Below, piece after piece: positions 59,030 to 64,000 of a DNA stretch of 64,000 bases. The position numbers and the translations under genes are program-made. The DNA is from the human T2T-CHM13v2.0 reference genome, Homo sapiens. Location: NCBI RefSeq assembly GCF_009914755.1, contig NC_060929.1; one strand, written 5' to 3'. A model generated the notes under the pieces. That model was not told where the DNA came from, searched no databases, and saw only the letters and a program-made list of their open reading frames with translations. Position 1 is the first letter of the stretch, and every line of letters begins with the position of its first letter.

Positions 59030-60090
59030 CTTGCAAGTGACAATTTACAATTTAAATTGTCTTAAGCAATAAGAAAAAGGAATTTTTTGTTAGTTGCAAA
59101 ACTGAAAAGTCCAGGAGTAGATTTCACTTCAGGCATGACTGGATCCTGGAGCTAGGATGACAGCCTCACTATTTTTTCCACCTCTCTGTTTCTTAGGCAG
59201 GGTCTCCACCTTGGGATGGCAAGATGGCTTCAGGAAGCTCCACGTAGCATTTTGTCATCTTAACAGCCCCAGCTGGAAGCAGATTCTCTCTTTCCCAGCA
59301 GTTCCACAGAATTCCCACATAGGAAGAGTCTCATTGGCTCAGACTGGCTCATGTGTCTGTTAGCCCACTGTGTTCACCTCCTCCTGGACCCGGGAGATAA
59401 CTGTCATCATCCAATGGTTAAAGTGCCAGTATAAGGACACTTGGTTTTTATTGTATGATTTGTGGATAATGTAGCATGATGGTGTTAATGGCAAACTAAG
59501 ACACTGAGAAGACTTGCTAAAGTCAGTTTTTGCAACCATAATGCTGAAGTTTTATAGTATGATGTCTCACAGGGAGCTTCCTGAAAGCTGATAGCAGCTT
59601 TTGCCTGACAGGGACGATGTCATTACCGCCAACCCAAGAGCATCTTCCAAGAGGAATTGGAGCCCCTCAAAAAATTAAAGTCTCTGAACATCCCATAGCC
59701 ACTTGTCTCCTGCTATAGTCTGCCGATAATATATCCTTTGAGCTTATCAGAGTAATTTGTAACTTTCATAAGAGCGAAGTTCAGAAAACGCATTTTTGAC
59801 ACGTTTCTGATGACACCGTCCTCATCTGTGAACCAATCACTACTGTAGCCACAGATATGGGATGTTCCGGTTGCTCAGGGCTGGGTCACATGACTACCTG
59901 GGCTATTGCACATGGCCACAAGGCAGAGACGATTATAGTGTTGGGTTCTTTTAATACTACATATCTTCTGGAAAACACTGAAGAGCACTTAACAGCATGG
60001 AGTGTGGGAGTGGTGATTCCACCAAGGAAATCCACGGTCTGTTGCCAGAAGAAGAGGAAATGGATGTTGAGCAGGGGGAAAAAAATGAAA
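59030..60090 (-). mobile_element. MLT1K-like MaLR LTR split by a ~447-bp insert
   Basis: aactgaaaagtccaggagtag...cttcaggcatgactggatcc...ctcattggctcagactggctcatgtg, then the insert, then tgaaccaatcac...ctgggtcacatg. Confidence 0.65.
59369..59815 (-). mobile_element. Unclassified solo-LTR-like insertion
   Basis: TG...CA ends. Minus-strand TATAAAA (59550-59556) upstream of AATAAA (59447-59452). Interrupts the MLT1K-like element. Confidence 0.55.
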
Positions 60091-61295
60091 ATCTATAGTA
60101 AGCATTGTTCTCCCTTTATTTCATATGTATAAACCTTGCTTTTCCCAAATCAAGTATAAGCTCATTCGTGAAAACAGAACTCAGTGTATAAATAATAATC
60201 AACATATTCTTACTGATTAGTCAAAAGCAAATATTTATTGGGCATCCACAGAGAACAAGATGCTATGATGCTTAGAGAAATCTTAAAGATCCAGATTTGA
60301 GACTTTAGTTTAAGTGCAACAAACAAATCCTGAATCCCCACTGTATGCCAAACACAGTGCTAGTGCTAAGGATGCAAAGTTGAATACGATACAAAGTTGC
60401 CCTTAAAAATCCTCACTTAGCAGAGTAAAAACAGTAATACCAACATTTATGGAGGGTCTACTATGTGCCTATATTCCATATACATTAATCTTAAGTCTTA
60501 GTACAACCCACTCAAAGTATGATATATTATTTTACTATGATTTTACTGAATCCCAAAGAATGACACTTCAAACCTGATAGTCAAACTTAGAGGTCAAACA
60601 AAATGTTAAGAATGCCCAGCTAATTAGTAGAGTGGAGAAATCTGGTTATGAGGTGGCTCAGAATTCGTTCTTATAATCTAGATATGTAGATATTTAAATA
60701 GCTTTTAAAAAAATCCATTGCACAAGTACTTTTAGCAGTCTTTCTTTTCTGAAGAATTCTGAAAAGCCCTTAAGACTTCATTGCTTGTCTCTGTAAACAC
60801 ATTCACACACCCTTCTTTAATTTTACTTTTCAATGAATTGCATCCTCAACCTTTTTCTGTATGAATGTCAAAGCTATTCAACCTATTAGAGGATCTCAGT
60901 GCCAGATAAATACAATGTATTATAATTACTATTTTGGTCATAAGTCTTTTTTTTTCTTTAATGGAGCACACTCTTTGTGGCCACTGAACCCTACTTCTGG
61001 TTGATTAGGCTCTTAGTATTTAATAAGCTTCAACAGGAAATGAGTAGAATTAGTACAGTGTCTTGAATAATGAGCTGTTAATGTATTTTTAATGACCAAG
61101 ATGTTCCAACAAGAAACTTGTTGATTTTTGTCACAAAACATTATTGGAAAAATGATCTGCACGTAGCCTGGATGGTGTTTTATGTGAAGTGAGATGATGT
61201 TTTACTACATTCAGAGTACTCTTTTACAAGCCAACTTGATTTAGGGAAGTTGCTACAGGAAGAGGAAAGAGCTTAGCAATTAGAACTGAGTATAA

Positions 61296-61636
<341 letters not shown>

Positions 61637-62634
61637 AAAAACATATTTCTTATAGAGGATCTCACTTTGTCTCTTTTGTTCCTTGCTTGATAGTAGTTAT
61701 TAACCCATTTTACAGATAGACAAAGTGGAAAAGCTTGTTCTGCTTTTTTTTCTGTAAAATAGAAGGATCATTTCTATCTGGGTCTGACTTTTTTAGTGGA
61801 AGAGATTATATAAACTTTCTGGGTCTCAGTTTCTTTATCTGTTAAATTAAGATAATAAAGTGCATGTGTCAGAAGAAATTGTAAAAACTAAATGAGATAA
61901 TTCATGGAAAACACCACTAGATCTTTCTCTTCTGTGTTCCTTAGGACAAGTTAATTAATATCTTCTTAAGATATTACTCCTTTGGGAAAATTTTGCATTT
62001 CAGTAGCCTTTATACTCTAATTGCATTATGAGCTCCCTAAGGTCATTGTGAGCTCCCTAACTGTACTTTAGACATTTTTCTTTTTATTCCTTGCATTTAG
62101 CACAATACTGGGCTCAGAGCCGGTGATCGATAAACACCTGTCAAAAGATTGCCTCCAAGGTGTCTTCCAGGACTTACGTGCTGTAATTACTTCCAACAGA
62201 CTTCTCCTCAAGGAGATATAGAATGTAAATTTGTACCTAGAGTCGTCTGTTCCTTTTGTAGAATCATGGCCCAAGAATCCCAGGTTTCAAGTTAAGAAGC
62301 ACGAAATTGGTTCATTCAGTGATCATTCACTATGACATCAAAACCCTGCAATTCCAGGATAGTAATTAATTTAATTGAAATGAATCTATGGCTAGACACT
62401 GTCTCTCCAGCAAAAATGTAGCTGCAAATGCTTCCTGGGGGCAAATTTGAAGAGTAACATGAAGTAGAGTTGACCTAAGAAGAAAATAAAGAAAAAAGCT
62501 AAATATCCAGGATAGTTCCATGATTTTAGATGGTGATTTTTGGTATTTAAGTGGATTAGGATATAAGGTAGGGAGGAGTAAAGAAATGAGGGAATATTTG
62601 CCACTAATATACCATTGATGATGATAATGATGAT

Positions 62635-62860
62635 AGTTACCATTTTATGAGCAGTTACTACATGAAAGTGCCATGTCACGCAACTTATATCCATTGTTTC
62701 ATTTCCTCTTCATAGCTACACTAAGAGGTAAATGCTACTACTGTTTCCATTTTATAAATGAAAAAAAAATGAGGCTCAGAGAAGTTAATTCCTTTCACAA
62801 TGTCATATAGTCAATATGTAGTAGAGGCAGAATTTGAACCCAGTTTTGATTATTTTAAAA
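62635..62860 (-). mobile_element. MIR
   Basis: ccattttataaatgaaaaaaaaatgaggctcagagaagttaa...ggcagaatttgaacccag. Confidence 0.8.
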
Positions 62861-63845
62861 TAGCATATTTAGCCAATTCTGTAGCTGAATCCTAAACTTC
62901 TCTCTTCTTCTAATGCAAACAATAAATTAAATAGTAATTTAAGTTTTATAACTACTACTACATGTTAAAAAGAAAAACCCCATGTTGGATAAGCAGATTT
63001 ATTTAACAATGTAATAATAATTTCCAGGGCCTTATCAAGGGTTAGCTATGAATTGGAAATTTTAAACAGTGATATTGTGGGTTTTATCTCTTATCTACAA
63101 CTCTGCAAAGAAGATATAATAGACCATTTTACACATGAGAAAACTAAGCTCATGCAACTAAAACAACTTCCCTTATTCCCAGAGGTGACAAATGGCAGAG
63201 GACAGATCTTGAATACAGGCCCTGATTTTTCCTTTGATCTCTGCTGAGGTAGTATTATACCAGGAACATATTCTGCTATATGGAAAATGTGGTTGGAGAT
63301 AAGCTATGGAAAAGACATTATAATTCAGCCTACTTTTTAAGTTCTGAGTCTCAAGAGGGTTGTTTTGTTTGTTTTGCTTTTTCTCTTAATGAAATTATTC
63401 AAAGGCATCTCTCAAATGTTTGGGATTTGAGTAAGAAATGCCAAAACATGCTTCTTCTCTTAAGAATGTTCTTCTCTGTCTGTTAAAATCTCTATGTAAT
63501 TTCAGGCAAAATTTAATTCATCTGTTTCTGATTCACTTCCCAAACTTACCACCATGTTTCGTAGAGGCCATTTAAAGTCTATGACTTTCGGAGTTGCTCT
63601 GAGCTACTTGTCTTTAAAATAGGAAGTTAGATTTTTTCATAAGGGCAGAGGACTTGGCCTCAGAGGAAAGGGGATGTGTTCCAAGTCCCAAGCCACAAAG
63701 TGCATGTGGTTTCCAAACCTGGCTGGTGTCTGCTTCTCCACCCCTCTACTGCAAGCCTCAGCACAGTGACTTCACTCAACAGCCAGAATCAGAATTTATC
63801 TCCCTTTTCTGTTCAAAATTCATTATAATATTTGAATCTAATTTT

Positions 63846-64000
63846 AAGAGCAATCAGAGACGAAAAAGAAATGAAGGACATCCAAATCAGAAAGGAAGAA
63901 ATAAAATCCTTGTTTAAAGATGACATGATTCTATACGTAGAAAGCTTTAAAGACTCCACACCAAAAAAAAAAAAAAAAAACTGTTAGAACTAATAAATGA
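63846..64000 (+). mobile_element. L1M ORF2 (RT) fragment running off the window
   Basis: agagcaatcag...aaagaaatgaaggacatccaaatcagaaaggaagaa...gatgacatgattctatac (DDMILY)...ctgttagaactaataaatga. Confidence 0.85.

Overview
Primate, most likely human, non-coding genomic DNA. About 13 Alus with target-site duplications (TSDs), L1 fossils from L1M to L1PA3-like, many MIR/L2 fragments, MaLR/ERV1/ERVL solo LTRs and hAT/Tigger DNA transposons cover much of the window. I recognise no host protein-coding exon, tRNA, rRNA or snRNA. The ORF track is explained by Alu antisense frames, a broken L1 ORF2 and chance ORFs. The clearest functional landmark is a ~0.5 kb CpG island at ~31.6-32.1 kb with no adjacent coding exon, probably a lncRNA promoter or enhancer. 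Best leads: (1) a miR-28/miR-151-like hairpin at an inverted L2/L2 junction (36692-36755); (2) a close inverted Alu pair 2-3 kb downstream of the island; (3) a MER39-like LTR upstream of a strong AG|GT acceptor and a 138-nt candidate exon; (4) a ~447-bp LTR-like insert I cannot name; (5) several motif-rich unique blocks. Subfamily names come from remembered consensus sequences and need RepeatMasker/Dfam confirmation. Boundaries of old repeats are approximate. I found no evidence of a wholly new multi-gene system.
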